A stretch of DNA of 64,000 nucleotides from an uncultured Methylomirabilota bacterium (GTDB lineage: Bacteria > Methylomirabilota > Methylomirabilia > Methylomirabilales > 2-02-FULL-66-22): assembly GCA_963705305.1 (NCBI GenBank), contig OY970067.1:4416001-4480000 (forward strand), given 5' to 3'. Both the position numbers and the translations under genes were made by a program. How positions within the stretch are numbered: the first letter of the stretch is position 1; each line of letters starts with the position of its first letter. Of this stretch, positions 8,843 to 18,477 are shown one piece after another. The notes beneath the pieces are model-generated. The model did no database searches, was not told the DNA's origin, and worked only from the letters and a program-made list of their open reading frames with translations.

Positions 8843-10051
8843 TTACGGCTTCTTTTGCAAGACGGCCCGCAGTCGGGCAGCGACAATCTGCCCTTCCCCT
8901 TCCTGGAGTCCCGCCGGATTAATTGTCAAGATTCCCCCGGCGGCATGGCGTTCGTTCAGGTGAACGGCCGGCTCGCCACGCTGGAGCTCCATGCTGACAG
9001 CTGAGGCCGTCTGTCCGAGGGCGGCTTCTTCAAGGAGCAGTTCCAGCAGAGGGAACCGCCCCGTTTCGGATGCGGGCAAGAGTCGTACTCGGATGTGCGG
9101 GAGATCGGAGAGGGATTCCGCGATAGCGACGAGTTGGGCCTCTTTCGCCGCAAGCTCCAACCCGGAGTCCATCCGCACAAATCGTTCTAACGCGACGAGC
9201 AGGCCGACGATCTCCTCCTTCCCGACCTTGAACCCCCGCCCCACCCCGTGGTGCGGGATTCCCTGCAACGCTTGGCGCGGAATGAGGAGTTCTGGAGGAT
9301 TCCACGTCTCTGTTGTTACGTCCATGTCCAGCTGTTGAAGGACGGCGGCCGCTATGAGAGAGCGGCGACCGCACAGAATACCAGTACTTTGTGGGCCTCG
9401 GATGGCCTTGCCGCCGCTGAAGGCCACAAGGTCGGCCCCTTCGGTGACAAACCGCCGTAGGTTCTCGACCGGCGGAAGCTGCGCCGCCGCGTCTACAATG
9501 ACCGGCAGCATGTGCTTCTTAGCGACTCCCACGACCAGAGGGAGGGGCGGATCGTTAAAGTTAGATGCCGTGTAGGCGATAGCCGCTGTCCGCGCCGTGA
9601 TGGCCACCTCAAGTTCCCACGCCTCCCCGCCTCGCACGCCTGCACCAAAAGAACGATCGTTAAACCCAACCTCTCGGATTCGGGCGCCGGCGGCCCGGAT
9701 TGCGTGGTCGTACGTCGTCCGGTGCGTACGGAACATGAGCACCTCATTGGGCATTCCCTCTGTGTCAGGCAGGCGCTCCATTCGGGTCACATCCAGCCCT
9801 GTGAGACACGCTGCCGTGCCGAGCGTCAAGGCTGCTGCCGCTCCAGAGGTCACAAGCCCTCCTTCTGCGCCGGTGTATTGCGCGATCGCTGCACTGGCCC
9901 TGGCCTGGAGTTCGGCAATATCCACAAAGCTCTGAGCTGCCTCCTCCATCGCCTCAAGCACCTCGCGGGGCATCAAGCTGCCTCCCAGTCGGGTCAACAG
10001 ACCAGCCGCATTGATCCGTTTCCGAATTCCTAACCGGTCGTAAATGTCCAT
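8843..10051 (-). CDS. SelA-like PLP-dependent enzyme (DgaE/SelA family)
   Basis: INAAG.LTRLGGS, SGAAAAL, VDAAAQ, FSGGKAIRGPQSTG, GRGFKVGKEEI. Shorter than canonical SelA, and no sel genes are nearby. Confidence 0.85.
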   Translation of the reverse strand: MDIYDRLGIRKRINAAGLLTRLGGSLMPREVLEAMEEAAQSFVDIAELQARASAAIAQYTGAEGGLVTSGAAAALTLGTAACLTGLDVTRMERLPDTEGMPNEVLMFRTHRTTYDHAIRAAGARIREVGFNDRSFGAGVRGGEAWELEVAITARTAAIAYTASNFNDPPLPLVVGVAKKHMLPVIVDAAAQLPPVENLRRFVTEGADLVAFSGGKAIRGPQSTGILCGRRSLIAAAVLQQLDMDVTTETWNPPELLIPRQALQGIPHHGVGRGFKVGKEEIVGLLVALERFVRMDSGLELAAKEAQLVAIAESLSDLPHIRVRLLPASETGRFPLLELLLEEAALGQTASAVSMELQRGEPAVHLNERHAAGGILTINPAGLQEGEGQIVAARLRAVLQKKP

Positions 10052-10312
10052 TCCGTCAGTCCTCCTCTCCTCCGCTGCCCCCTGCCACTCGAATGCCTGA
10101 GGGTTCTCGGGTAGAACCCGGCCTAGGGAAGGGCCTCATCTCGACCTACTTGAATAGCCTTCGGGGGCGGTAGGGGATCTCGCGCCTGCAGGAATAAGCG
10201 TATCGAGGGCTCGTGGGGATGTCAAGGCGGCCTGCTGCTGTGGCGGATCAGCAAAACTTGCCCTCTGCTGACAGCTTAGCGATTCTGTCCCCTTTCGTAG
10301 AGAGCAGGTCAG

Positions 10313-11200
10313 ATGGCCCTGACCCCGCAGGAAGCCCGACACGTGAATGTTCCCACCTTCCTGTGGGGCAAGCGGATCACTCCCGCGAGGGCTGCCCAGG
10401 CGTTGGGACTCATCGCCCGGCAAGTCCGGCACCTCCAGGGCTGGCTCATGCCGGCGGGGCCTGGAGGGCTGGTCCGCGGCGTAGGAGCCGCCCCGCGCCG
10501 AACGGCCTCCCGCCGGCCCGCGCCGGGCTCCTCTGCCAGCTGGATGGGAGCCGCTTCGCTTGGTGCGGCCCGACGCAGCCGTTATGTACCATCGTGGCTG
10601 CCATCAGTGACGCGACGGAGGCGGTGCCCGCTGGGACCTTCCGGGCCTAGGAGGATACCGCCGAGCGTCTTCGGCCGCTCCAAACCCCGGGTCGGCCGGT
10701 GGGGCCGCCTGTTGCTGTCTACACGGAAAGCCATGGGATCTTCGTGCGACACGATGCCCACCTGACGTTCGCTGAGGAGCCCCAGGGCTCCCAGGACCCC
10801 ACGCAGCTCGGGCGGGCCTCCAAGGTCTCGTCGTGCACCATATCGTGGCTGAGAGGTTCCAGGCGAAAGGCCGGATCGAATGGCTGCGGAACGCCTTCCA
10901 GGGCCGGCTCGTGACGAACTCGCTTTGGCGGGGACCACGACTTTGAAGGAGAGGGCGCCTTCTTGGCGACTACCTTCCTCCCGGCCTGCACGCCCCAGTT
11001 TGCCGTGCCGGCTGCCGTGGCCATCAGTGAGTACCGACCAGTCCCACGGGGCCCTGACCTCGACCGCATCTGCGCCCTCCACTACGCCCCCCAAGTGCCC
11101 CTTGATAGTATCGTCCGCGCTGCAGGCTTCGTCATCCAACTCGCCCCCGGACCGGCCTGGGACCTACGCCCGGATCCGGGCCGAGGTCGTTCAGTGCTGT
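10313..11200 (+). pseudogene. Degraded ISNCY/IS481-like transposase remnant
   Basis: Fragments in several frames: ITPARAAQALGLIARQVRHL (HTH), GLLCQLDGS..W...AAISDAT, P.AVYTESHGIF...PTQLGRA, FLP...QFAVP...YRPVP..DLDRI. Multiple frameshifts and stops. Confidence 0.7.
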
Positions 11201-11443
11201 GCCAGCCTGCCGGTTGCTTCAGGATCCCCGGTAGCGCTTCCGTCATCTGCAGTGCACCTCCCGGGAGATCCTCGGGCGCCGGCAGGCGGGCGTGACATTC
11301 AGGATATGCTCGTTTTCCTGAAACCAAACGTAGCGTTGGCGGATCCGCTGATCGGGGGCGAGAAAGACCTTGATCATGGGTGACCTCCTTGCGGGGCGGG
11401 CAACCCTCTTCTCCCCGAGGGCCCTAGAAGTGCCGCCCACGTC

Positions 11444-11473
11444 TGTTTACTACATAAACAAATTGAATAAACA
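11444..11473. promoter_or_regulatory. Palindromic operator-like site TGTTTA-N5-TAAACA plus an extra half-site, in an AT-rich divergent promoter region
   Basis: tgtttactacataaaca at 11444-11460; a second taaaca at 11468-11473. Confidence 0.45.
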
Positions 11474-11935
11474 CCTTGCATTCTTTTCAAGACGGAGCTA
11501 TTAGTTTCCAGAAAAGAGAGGAAGGTGGCCAAGACTCGATCCGTCTCGCCGATGGACGACTTCGAGCCGGTCGAAGCTGCAAAGCAGTCTATGCGATGGC
11601 TCTGTGTGGAGCCAACCGACAAGGGAGTGTGGTGAGCTGCAGGACCCAATGTTGTCTCCGTAAGCTCCCGCCGGCCCCGCGGACATCGAGAACAAAACGA
11701 TCCCACCGGTAGCCTAGCTCTCTCAGCTGGCGCCTCCCTTTCCCCGGCATCCCAGAGGGGGGATTTCTAGGGGCGGTCTTCGGGCGGAAGGGTGGACTGC
11801 TTGCCAGTTTGCCAGCCTCGTAATGTCCGCCGACGAGCCGCCTTACCAGGGCGATTCTTCGCTGGGCGTTCGAGTGCTTCTTCGAGCGAGAACAAATATG
11901 GTCTGCCATCCAATACAATGGCAAGAGGCGGGGCT

Positions 11936-13114
11936 GTGAGTCCCGGCGGCGGAACTCCCGCCGAGCGGATGGGTTTAGTGCCCTTCTCGGGAATCCGGAA
12001 GATTTTCGAGCGTGCGAAAGCCCTCGATCGCGCGGGCTGTCCGGTCATCTTTCTTGAGACGGGCCGCCCGGATTTTGATACGCCCGTGCACATCAAGCAG
12101 GCAGCCAAGCGGGCGCTGGACGCTGGGGAGGTGCACTACACGTCGAATTACGGGATCCCCGCCCTTCGCGCCGCGATCGCTGACAAGCTATCGCGGGATA
12201 ACGGCCTCACTTACGACCCGGCGACAGAAGTGCTGGTGACGGTCGGAGCCGCCGAGGCCATTCTGTGCGCCGTCCTGGCCTTCGCCGGACCGGGCGATGA
12301 AGTGCTCTACGCCGAGCCAAGTTGGCTGAACTACGCTGCTGTGGCCCGACTAGCCGGCGCCGTCCCCGTCCCCATCCCGCTTCGCGAGTCCGCCAGCTAC
12401 CAGATCGACCCGGACGACGTGCGGCGGCACCTGACCTCTCGAACTCGCGTCCTGGTCATTGCCTCGCCGCACAACCCGACCGGCAGCGTCCAGTGCGAGG
12501 CCGTGCTCCGGCAGATCGCCGACCTCGCCATCCGGCACGACCTCTTGGTAATCTCGGACGAGATCTACGAGAAGATCATCTACGACAGCCTTGCGCACGT
12601 GAGCGTCGGGTCCTTTCCCGGCATGCGTGAGCGAACCATCACGGTGAACGGCTTCTCTAAGGCCTACTCCATGACGGGGTGGCGTCTCGGCTACGCAGCC
12701 GCACCGCAGCCGATCATCCAGACGATGAACCGGGTGCACCAGTACACAGTGGCTTGTGCCTGTTCGTTCGCGCAGGCGGGAGCTGTGGCCGCACTCACTG
12801 GGCCCCAGGACTGTGTCTTTGCGATGGTCGCCGAGTTTCGGAAACGGCGAGACCTCATGGTCCACGGCATCAGCGGGGTACGGGGGCTCTCGTGCATCCG
12901 CCCGGGCGGCGCCTTTTACGCCTGGGTGAAGACAGGTGACACAGGGATACCGTCCGAGGAGTTTACGCTCAAGCTGCTGGAGACGGAGTTCGTGTCATCT
13001 GTTCCGGGCGCAGTATTCGGCGCGTCAGGGGAAGGCTATGTCCGGTTCTCTTTCGCTAACTCTTCCGAGAATCTCGCCGAGGCCGTGCGGCGGCTGGCAC
13101 ATTTCCTGCGCTAA
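11936..13114 (+). CDS. PLP-dependent aminotransferase class I/II (aspartate aminotransferase family)
   Basis: GRPDFDTP, PHNPTG, SDEIY, GFSKAYSMTGWRLG motifs. Start uncertain (11918, 11936 or 11969). Confidence 0.92.
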   Translation: MSPGGGTPAERMGLVPFSGIRKIFERAKALDRAGCPVIFLETGRPDFDTPVHIKQAAKRALDAGEVHYTSNYGIPALRAAIADKLSRDNGLTYDPATEVLVTVGAAEAILCAVLAFAGPGDEVLYAEPSWLNYAAVARLAGAVPVPIPLRESASYQIDPDDVRRHLTSRTRVLVIASPHNPTGSVQCEAVLRQIADLAIRHDLLVISDEIYEKIIYDSLAHVSVGSFPGMRERTITVNGFSKAYSMTGWRLGYAAAPQPIIQTMNRVHQYTVACACSFAQAGAVAALTGPQDCVFAMVAEFRKRRDLMVHGISGVRGLSCIRPGGAFYAWVKTGDTGIPSEEFTLKLLETEFVSSVPGAVFGASGEGYVRFSFANSSENLAEAVRRLAHFLR

Positions 13115-13156
13115 GCGAGCCTCCGCTCGTGAGGTGGAAAAGTCGGAGTAGGCTTC

Positions 13157-13933
13157 ATGGCCAAGGCGAAATCGAAAAAGCTCCGGGAACGAGTGAGCAA
13201 CGTCACCCAGCTGTTCCTGTTTGCACTGAGCGTGCTGGTCCTCTGGGAACTCGCCATCCGAGCTCTGCAGATTCCCCGGTACTTGCTGCCCAGTCCCGTG
13301 TCCGTCCTCCTGTTCATCTTTGAACATCCGGCCTACCTAGTCTACCACTCGTGGATAACCCTCCTGGAGACGATCCTCGGGTTCCTAGGGGGTGCGGTGC
13401 TGGGTATCGCAGGCGGGACCGGCATTTTCTACTCGGCCTGGCTTCGCAAGACGCTCTACCCGGTCCTCATCGCGTTCAACACCATCCCCAAGGTCGCGCT
13501 CGCTCCGCTCTTTCTGGTCTGGTTCGGGTACGGCCTGTTGCCCAAGGTACTCATCGCGTTGCTCATTGCCTTCTTTCCGATCGTCGTGAACACCGTGGAC
13601 GGCCTGAACTCGGTTCCGCTTGAGATGATCGAGCTCGCCACCATCTTCCGTGCCAGCGAATGGCACAAGTTCTGGAAGGTTGCTTTTATCCATGCGCTGC
13701 CCAACATCTTTACCGGGTTCAAGGTCTCCATGGCCACGGCCGTAGGCGGGGCGGTGGTCGCCGAATTCATCGGCTCCAGCAACGGCTTGGGGTACATCAT
13801 CGTCATGGCGAATACGTCGGTAAACCTCGCCTCGATGTTCTCCGCCTTCGTTCTGCTCTCAGTCCTTGCGCTGGGCCTGTTCGCTCTCGTGGAGCAGGTT
13901 CAGAAGCTGGTCATCCCCTGGTCCGGGATGTGA
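13157..13933 (+). CDS. ABC transporter permease, NitT/TauT family
   Basis: LPSP, IPKVALAPLF..WFG, GAVVAEF.GS..GLGY motifs. Confidence 0.92.
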   Translation: MAKAKSKKLRERVSNVTQLFLFALSVLVLWELAIRALQIPRYLLPSPVSVLLFIFEHPAYLVYHSWITLLETILGFLGGAVLGIAGGTGIFYSAWLRKTLYPVLIAFNTIPKVALAPLFLVWFGYGLLPKVLIALLIAFFPIVVNTVDGLNSVPLEMIELATIFRASEWHKFWKVAFIHALPNIFTGFKVSMATAVGGAVVAEFIGSSNGLGYIIVMANTSVNLASMFSAFVLLSVLALGLFALVEQVQKLVIPWSGM

Positions 13934-14066
13934 TAATGGCCACAGGTGTATGATCGACGCAAACGGGAAGCAGCGGCAGGATACGCTCATGAATTACATG
14001 CCCTTCACGCAGAAGGCGGCGCCGATCGCCCTCTGCCCGAACGAATTCCTCCCGGGCAACGTGTAG
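13932..14066 (+). pseudogene. Remnant of the 3' end of a paralogous substrate-binding protein gene
   Basis: DNGHRCMIDANGKQRQDTLMNYMPFTQKAAPIALCPNEFLPGNV* aligns without gaps to the SBP C-terminus ANGIGSMTKEMWELTQKNMVDYMGLKQTFPVEELFTNQFLPGKM*. Confidence 0.65.
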
Positions 14067-14083
14067 GCAAGGCGCGACAGGTC

Positions 14084-14902
14084 ATGGTCCAAGAATTCGC
14101 CCTCGAGGTTCGCGACATCAGCAAGGTCTTCGAGACGGCCGAGGGGGAAACCCGCGCCGTCGAGAACTGCTCGCTGGCTACACACACCGGGGAGTTCGTT
14201 TGCATCCTCGGCCCAAGTGGCTGTGGAAAGACTACGCTGCTTCGCATCGTCGCCGGGCTGATTCCTCCCACCTCGGGCGAAGTCTTCTTCGAGGGCCAGC
14301 GCATCACCGGTCCGCCTCCCGACATTGGGATGGTATTCCAGCGCCCTGTTTTGCTGCCTTGGCGCAGCTCGCTGGAGAACGTCCTGCTTCCCCTCGAGTT
14401 CCTGAGGAAGGACACCCGGGGGCTGCGAGACCGCGCCCGGGAGCTGTTGCAGCTCGTGGGCCTGGAGGGCTTCGAGCGGCGCTTCCCGTACGAGCTGTCT
14501 GGCGGCATGCAGCAGCGGGTAGCCATCAGCCGTGCGCTCATCCACGATCCAAAGGTGCTCCTCATGGACGAGCCCTTCGGAGCTCTTGACGCCATGACGC
14601 GAGATGTGATGAACCTCGAGTTACAGCGGATCTGGCTGGAACGGCAAAAGACCGTGCTCTTCGTGACGCACAGCATCGACGAGGCCGTGTTCCTCGCCGA
14701 CCGGGTCATCGTCATGAGCAGGCGGCCGGGGCGCATCATCGAGGAGATCCCGGTCCGGCTCCCACGCCCGCGGAAGCTCGAAGACCGGTTCTCCACGCAG
14801 TTCGGCGAGGCGGCCATGCGGGCCAGGGAATGTGTGTACGGCGGACGGAGCGCTGAGCTGGGACACAGAACGAAAGACGCTGGAAAGGAGGCCACCCCAT
14901 GA
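14084..14902 (+). CDS. ABC transporter ATP-binding protein, NitT/TauT family
   Basis: GPSGCGKT, LSGGMQQR, LLMDEPFGALD, FVTHS motifs. Confidence 0.95.
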   Translation: MVQEFALEVRDISKVFETAEGETRAVENCSLATHTGEFVCILGPSGCGKTTLLRIVAGLIPPTSGEVFFEGQRITGPPPDIGMVFQRPVLLPWRSSLENVLLPLEFLRKDTRGLRDRARELLQLVGLEGFERRFPYELSGGMQQRVAISRALIHDPKVLLMDEPFGALDAMTRDVMNLELQRIWLERQKTVLFVTHSIDEAVFLADRVIVMSRRPGRIIEEIPVRLPRPRKLEDRFSTQFGEAAMRARECVYGGRSAELGHRTKDAGKEATP

Positions 14903-15891
14903 CTCGACGATTCACCTGGACCCTCGGGATGCTGCTCGTCCTCACCCCGCTGCTGGCCAGCGGGGCACTGGCTGGCGAATTGCAAAAAGTAAGCTTCCGG
15001 CTGGACACCTCGTATCTCCCCAAGCACGGGATTTTCTTCGTCGCTCTGGACAAAGGCTATTACAAGGATGCCGGCCTCGATGTGACCATCCTCCCCGGCA
15101 GCGGTTCGATGGTGGCAGTGCAGACTGTGGCGGCGGGGCGCGACACCTTTGGCTTCGCCGACGCGGGCACGATGATCCTGGGGCGGGCGCAAGGTGCCAT
15201 GGTCAAAGACGTCGGTATGATCCACGCCAAGAGCCCCTTCGCGGTGATTACCCTGAAGAAGTACAATATCAAGACCCCGAAGGATTTCGAGGGCAAGTCC
15301 ATCGCCAGTGAGCCGGGCGGCGCCTCTTTCATCATGCTGCCCGTCTTCTTCAAGCTGACCGGCATCGACGGCAGCAAGGTGAAGGTCATTCCGACCGACC
15401 CGACGTCCAAGGTGCCGGGCCTCTTGGCCGGCCGCTTCGAGGGCGTGGGCTCGTACCTGGTCTCCGACCCGCCCGTGATCGTAGCCAGCGGCGGGGATCC
15501 GGTGGTGTTCCCATATACGGACTACGGGTTCAAGATGTACTCGAACGGGCTGATCGCGTCGGACAAGTTGATCCAGGAGAATCCCGACTTGGTCCGCCGG
15601 TTCGTGCAGGCCACCCTGAAGGGGGTCAAGTACGCGAATGACCATCCCGACGAGGCGGCGCAGATCCTCGTGAAGCACGTGCCGGAGATCAGCCCCAAGG
15701 CCGCGAAGATGGGCATCGACCTCGCCTGCGGGATCTTGTGGACGGACGAGGCCAAGGCCAACGGCATCGGCTCCATGACCAAGGAGATGTGGGAGTTGAC
15801 CCAGAAGAACATGGTGGACTACATGGGACTGAAGCAGACATTCCCCGTGGAGGAGTTGTTCACGAACCAGTTCCTCCCCGGCAAGATGTAG
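14899..15891 (+). CDS. ABC substrate-binding protein, NMT1/THI5-like
   Basis: Signal peptide; FRLD...PKH..FFVALDKGYYKDAGLDV.I.PG.GS pattern. Confidence 0.9.
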   Translation: MTRRFTWTLGMLLVLTPLLASGALAGELQKVSFRLDTSYLPKHGIFFVALDKGYYKDAGLDVTILPGSGSMVAVQTVAAGRDTFGFADAGTMILGRAQGAMVKDVGMIHAKSPFAVITLKKYNIKTPKDFEGKSIASEPGGASFIMLPVFFKLTGIDGSKVKVIPTDPTSKVPGLLAGRFEGVGSYLVSDPPVIVASGGDPVVFPYTDYGFKMYSNGLIASDKLIQENPDLVRRFVQATLKGVKYANDHPDEAAQILVKHVPEISPKAAKMGIDLACGILWTDEAKANGIGSMTKEMWELTQKNMVDYMGLKQTFPVEELFTNQFLPGKM

Positions 15892-15904
15892 GAGGAGGGC
15901 AAGC

Positions 15905-16621
15905 GTGTACGGTGAGCGCGGGAGGATCGGCCTGATCGTGCCGTCGAACAATACCGTTGTGGAGCAAGAGTTTCACCGCATGTTGCCAGAGGGCATCACG
16001 AGCTACGCCACCCGCATGCGTAATACCGTGGTCGATGAGACGGATCTGGCCGTCATGGTCTCCCACGCCGAACGCGGGGCGGACGAATTGGCGACTGCCG
16101 AGATGCAGGTTATCGCGTTTGCCTGCACGGCGGGGAGCCTGCTCCGCGGTACCGTGTGGGAGCAGGACCTGCGGGCCCGTCTGGAGACCGCGACACGGGG
16201 CATCCCTTGTATTACCACTTCGCAGGCCGTTCTCGAGGCGTTCGGCCTACTCGGCCTCCATCGCGTCGTCGTGGCCACGCCCTACATCGATGAGCTGAAC
16301 CGGGCCGAGCAGCAGTTCTTCACCGCCAACGGCGTGGATGTTCCGGCCATTCGGGGCCTCGGCATCCGCCGCGCGGTGGACATCGGCAAGTGCCCTCCCA
16401 AGGAGGCACTGGCACTGGCACTGGCCCTGCCGTACCCGGATGCGGATGGGATCTTCATCAGCTGTACCAACTTTAGGACCATCGAGATCCTCGCCGAGCT
16501 GGAGCAGCGAACAGGGAAGCCGGCTTTCTCGAGCAATGTGGCCACCCTCTGGGCAGCCCTCCGGCGGCTCCCGCACAGGTTTGAGCCGGTCAGCGGTTTC
16601 GGTCGTCTTTTGGAGAATTAG
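15905..16621 (+). CDS. Maleate cis-trans isomerase / Asp-Glu racemase / arylmalonate decarboxylase family protein
   Basis: RIGLIVPSNNTVVEQEF, FACTAGS, TPY, ISCTNF; both catalytic cysteines present. Confidence 0.9.
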   Translation: MYGERGRIGLIVPSNNTVVEQEFHRMLPEGITSYATRMRNTVVDETDLAVMVSHAERGADELATAEMQVIAFACTAGSLLRGTVWEQDLRARLETATRGIPCITTSQAVLEAFGLLGLHRVVVATPYIDELNRAEQQFFTANGVDVPAIRGLGIRRAVDIGKCPPKEALALALALPYPDADGIFISCTNFRTIEILAELEQRTGKPAFSSNVATLWAALRRLPHRFEPVSGFGRLLEN

Positions 16622-16762
16622 GAATTCACCGCGACAAGGTGGCGGGCGCCCATCAAGGCGCCCACCACTCGGCCCGTTTCGTCTGAGTCGGAGTGAGGTT
16701 CGAACTCTCGTCCAGCCTGTTCCTCGGAGGTTTCAACGCTTCCCGCTTGAGGAGGCCAGGGT

Positions 16763-18454
16763 ATGGCATACCTTCACACTGATCCCGGGGTTGTTGAGCG
16801 CATGACCGGCATGACCCTGAAGGGCAGCATGACCATGCCCACGCAGGACCATGATCGGCGCTACTTCCTTCCCTCGGTTCTCTCGGTCGCCGGGCGGGAC
16901 CACTTCCTCGTCCGCGAGATTGACACGGCCAATGTCGCGGCCTGCGGATTCACCCGCATGCCCGTCGTGCCCTTCTCGCCCTACTGGAGGCCCAAGCCGA
17001 CAGCGGGAATACCCCGCACTGCTGCGGATGCGGTGCTGTCGCTCCTGGGTGCCGAGCAACTCACGGTGGATGCCGCCACGCCGGCGCTCGTCTACGAGCA
17101 GCTCCGCGCCAAGATCCCGGTAGAGGTCGAGCCTCCTGCCCCCCAACCGGTGCGTGCCTTTCGCCTGCGCCGCGCCGATGTCCTGGGGCGCTTTAACCAC
17201 CACCGAAAAGAAATCGCCGAGGTGGCCGGGAAGTTGACCGCGGGGCACCCGCATATCGATCGCCTTGCCCCCTGGCTGGAGGACCGTCCGAATCCCGGCT
17301 TTGACCTTTTGGATCAGATGGCAGCCGACCGAGGTCTCTCGGCTCTCCTCGCAACTTGGGTGATTAATTTCCAGGAGCTGTCCGGTTTCCGGGGCACCCT
17401 CGCTGAGCACGAGGGGTGTGCGTCGCTCTTCGCGGTGGGCTCCGACGAGGTCTGGGTTCTAGCGCCCACCAGCCTCGACCTTGGTTTGGCTGGACCGGGA
17501 CGGGAGTACCCCGGACTCGCCGACGCCGTCCGCGACATCGCTGGACGCGGTCCGGTCGGCTTTGAGATGGACACTCTTGAGGTGGCGCGGCTCCTCGATC
17601 TGCGCAACCGCGGCGTGCAACTTGAGGACGCCGGCCTCTTGCTCCGCGATTGGCGGGAGGAAAAAGCGTGGTATGACATTCCCTACTTCATCGTGGGCGC
17701 TCTCGCATCCCGCCACGCCATCGAGGGGGCGGCCCACTTCGCCGGACAAGCGATTCGCGCCGGGGTCGAGGTCACAGAGCGTGACGTGGACCGAGTATAC
17801 CGAAGTCTCCTGCAGGAGTTCGCGACTGAGCATCGGCTGCCCGTCTCCCTGGAGATCTACTTCACCAATAACCACGCGGGATCCCGGACCATCCTGCCCT
17901 CCCGGCCCACCCGGTACCCCCTGTCAACAGGCTCCACCACGCTCAAGATCGACTGCGGGATCTTCGTGGTGGACGACGGCCTCTTCCACGCCTGCACCGA
18001 CATTGCGCGCACCGTCACGACGACCCGCGCAGCCACCGAGGTCTTCGAGGCCATGGAGCAGGCAGTGGTGGAAGGGATCATTCCTGGCATCCGGGCCGGC
18101 ATGACCGGTGAGGACATCCATGCGCTGGGGGTGGAGCGCATGGCCGAGCGCGAGGTCGTCTTCCGCCGACACGGGTATATGCCCGACGATTTTTCGTGGC
18201 GGACCGGATACACCCGGGACGTCGGCCACGTGATCGAGCGGCAAGAGTCCTACACGTTCTACTTCCGACCGGGCACGGCTCGTCCGCTCCGACCCGGCAT
18301 GGTGTCCTGCGTAGAAATTCACTGCGTCGACGACGGGCATAACCTCACCATTGAAGACACCTTCGTCGCCGATGAAACGGGGACGATCGTGATCAGCCGG
18401 ATCCCCGAGGAGTTCGGTCCAGACGGGAGGGTGACCCGGCGCCCGCAGCGGTAA
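16763..18454 (+). CDS. M24 (Xaa-Pro peptidase/creatinase fold) hydrolase with a long atypical N-terminal region
   Basis: C-terminal KIDCG, TDIART, VGHVI, CVEIH, TIEDT motifs carry the D,D,H,E,E metal ligands. Confidence 0.75.
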   Translation: MAYLHTDPGVVERMTGMTLKGSMTMPTQDHDRRYFLPSVLSVAGRDHFLVREIDTANVAACGFTRMPVVPFSPYWRPKPTAGIPRTAADAVLSLLGAEQLTVDAATPALVYEQLRAKIPVEVEPPAPQPVRAFRLRRADVLGRFNHHRKEIAEVAGKLTAGHPHIDRLAPWLEDRPNPGFDLLDQMAADRGLSALLATWVINFQELSGFRGTLAEHEGCASLFAVGSDEVWVLAPTSLDLGLAGPGREYPGLADAVRDIAGRGPVGFEMDTLEVARLLDLRNRGVQLEDAGLLLRDWREEKAWYDIPYFIVGALASRHAIEGAAHFAGQAIRAGVEVTERDVDRVYRSLLQEFATEHRLPVSLEIYFTNNHAGSRTILPSRPTRYPLSTGSTTLKIDCGIFVVDDGLFHACTDIARTVTTTRAATEVFEAMEQAVVEGIIPGIRAGMTGEDIHALGVERMAEREVVFRRHGYMPDDFSWRTGYTRDVGHVIERQESYTFYFRPGTARPLRPGMVSCVEIHCVDDGHNLTIEDTFVADETGTIVISRIPEEFGPDGRVTRRPQR

Positions 18455-18477
18455 CCGAAGGACAGAAAGGGGCCAGG

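Noticed and set aside
8843..10051. Selenocysteine synthase selA
   Set aside because: It lacks the SelA N-terminal domain, and no selB, selC or selD is nearby; better called a SelA-like enzyme.
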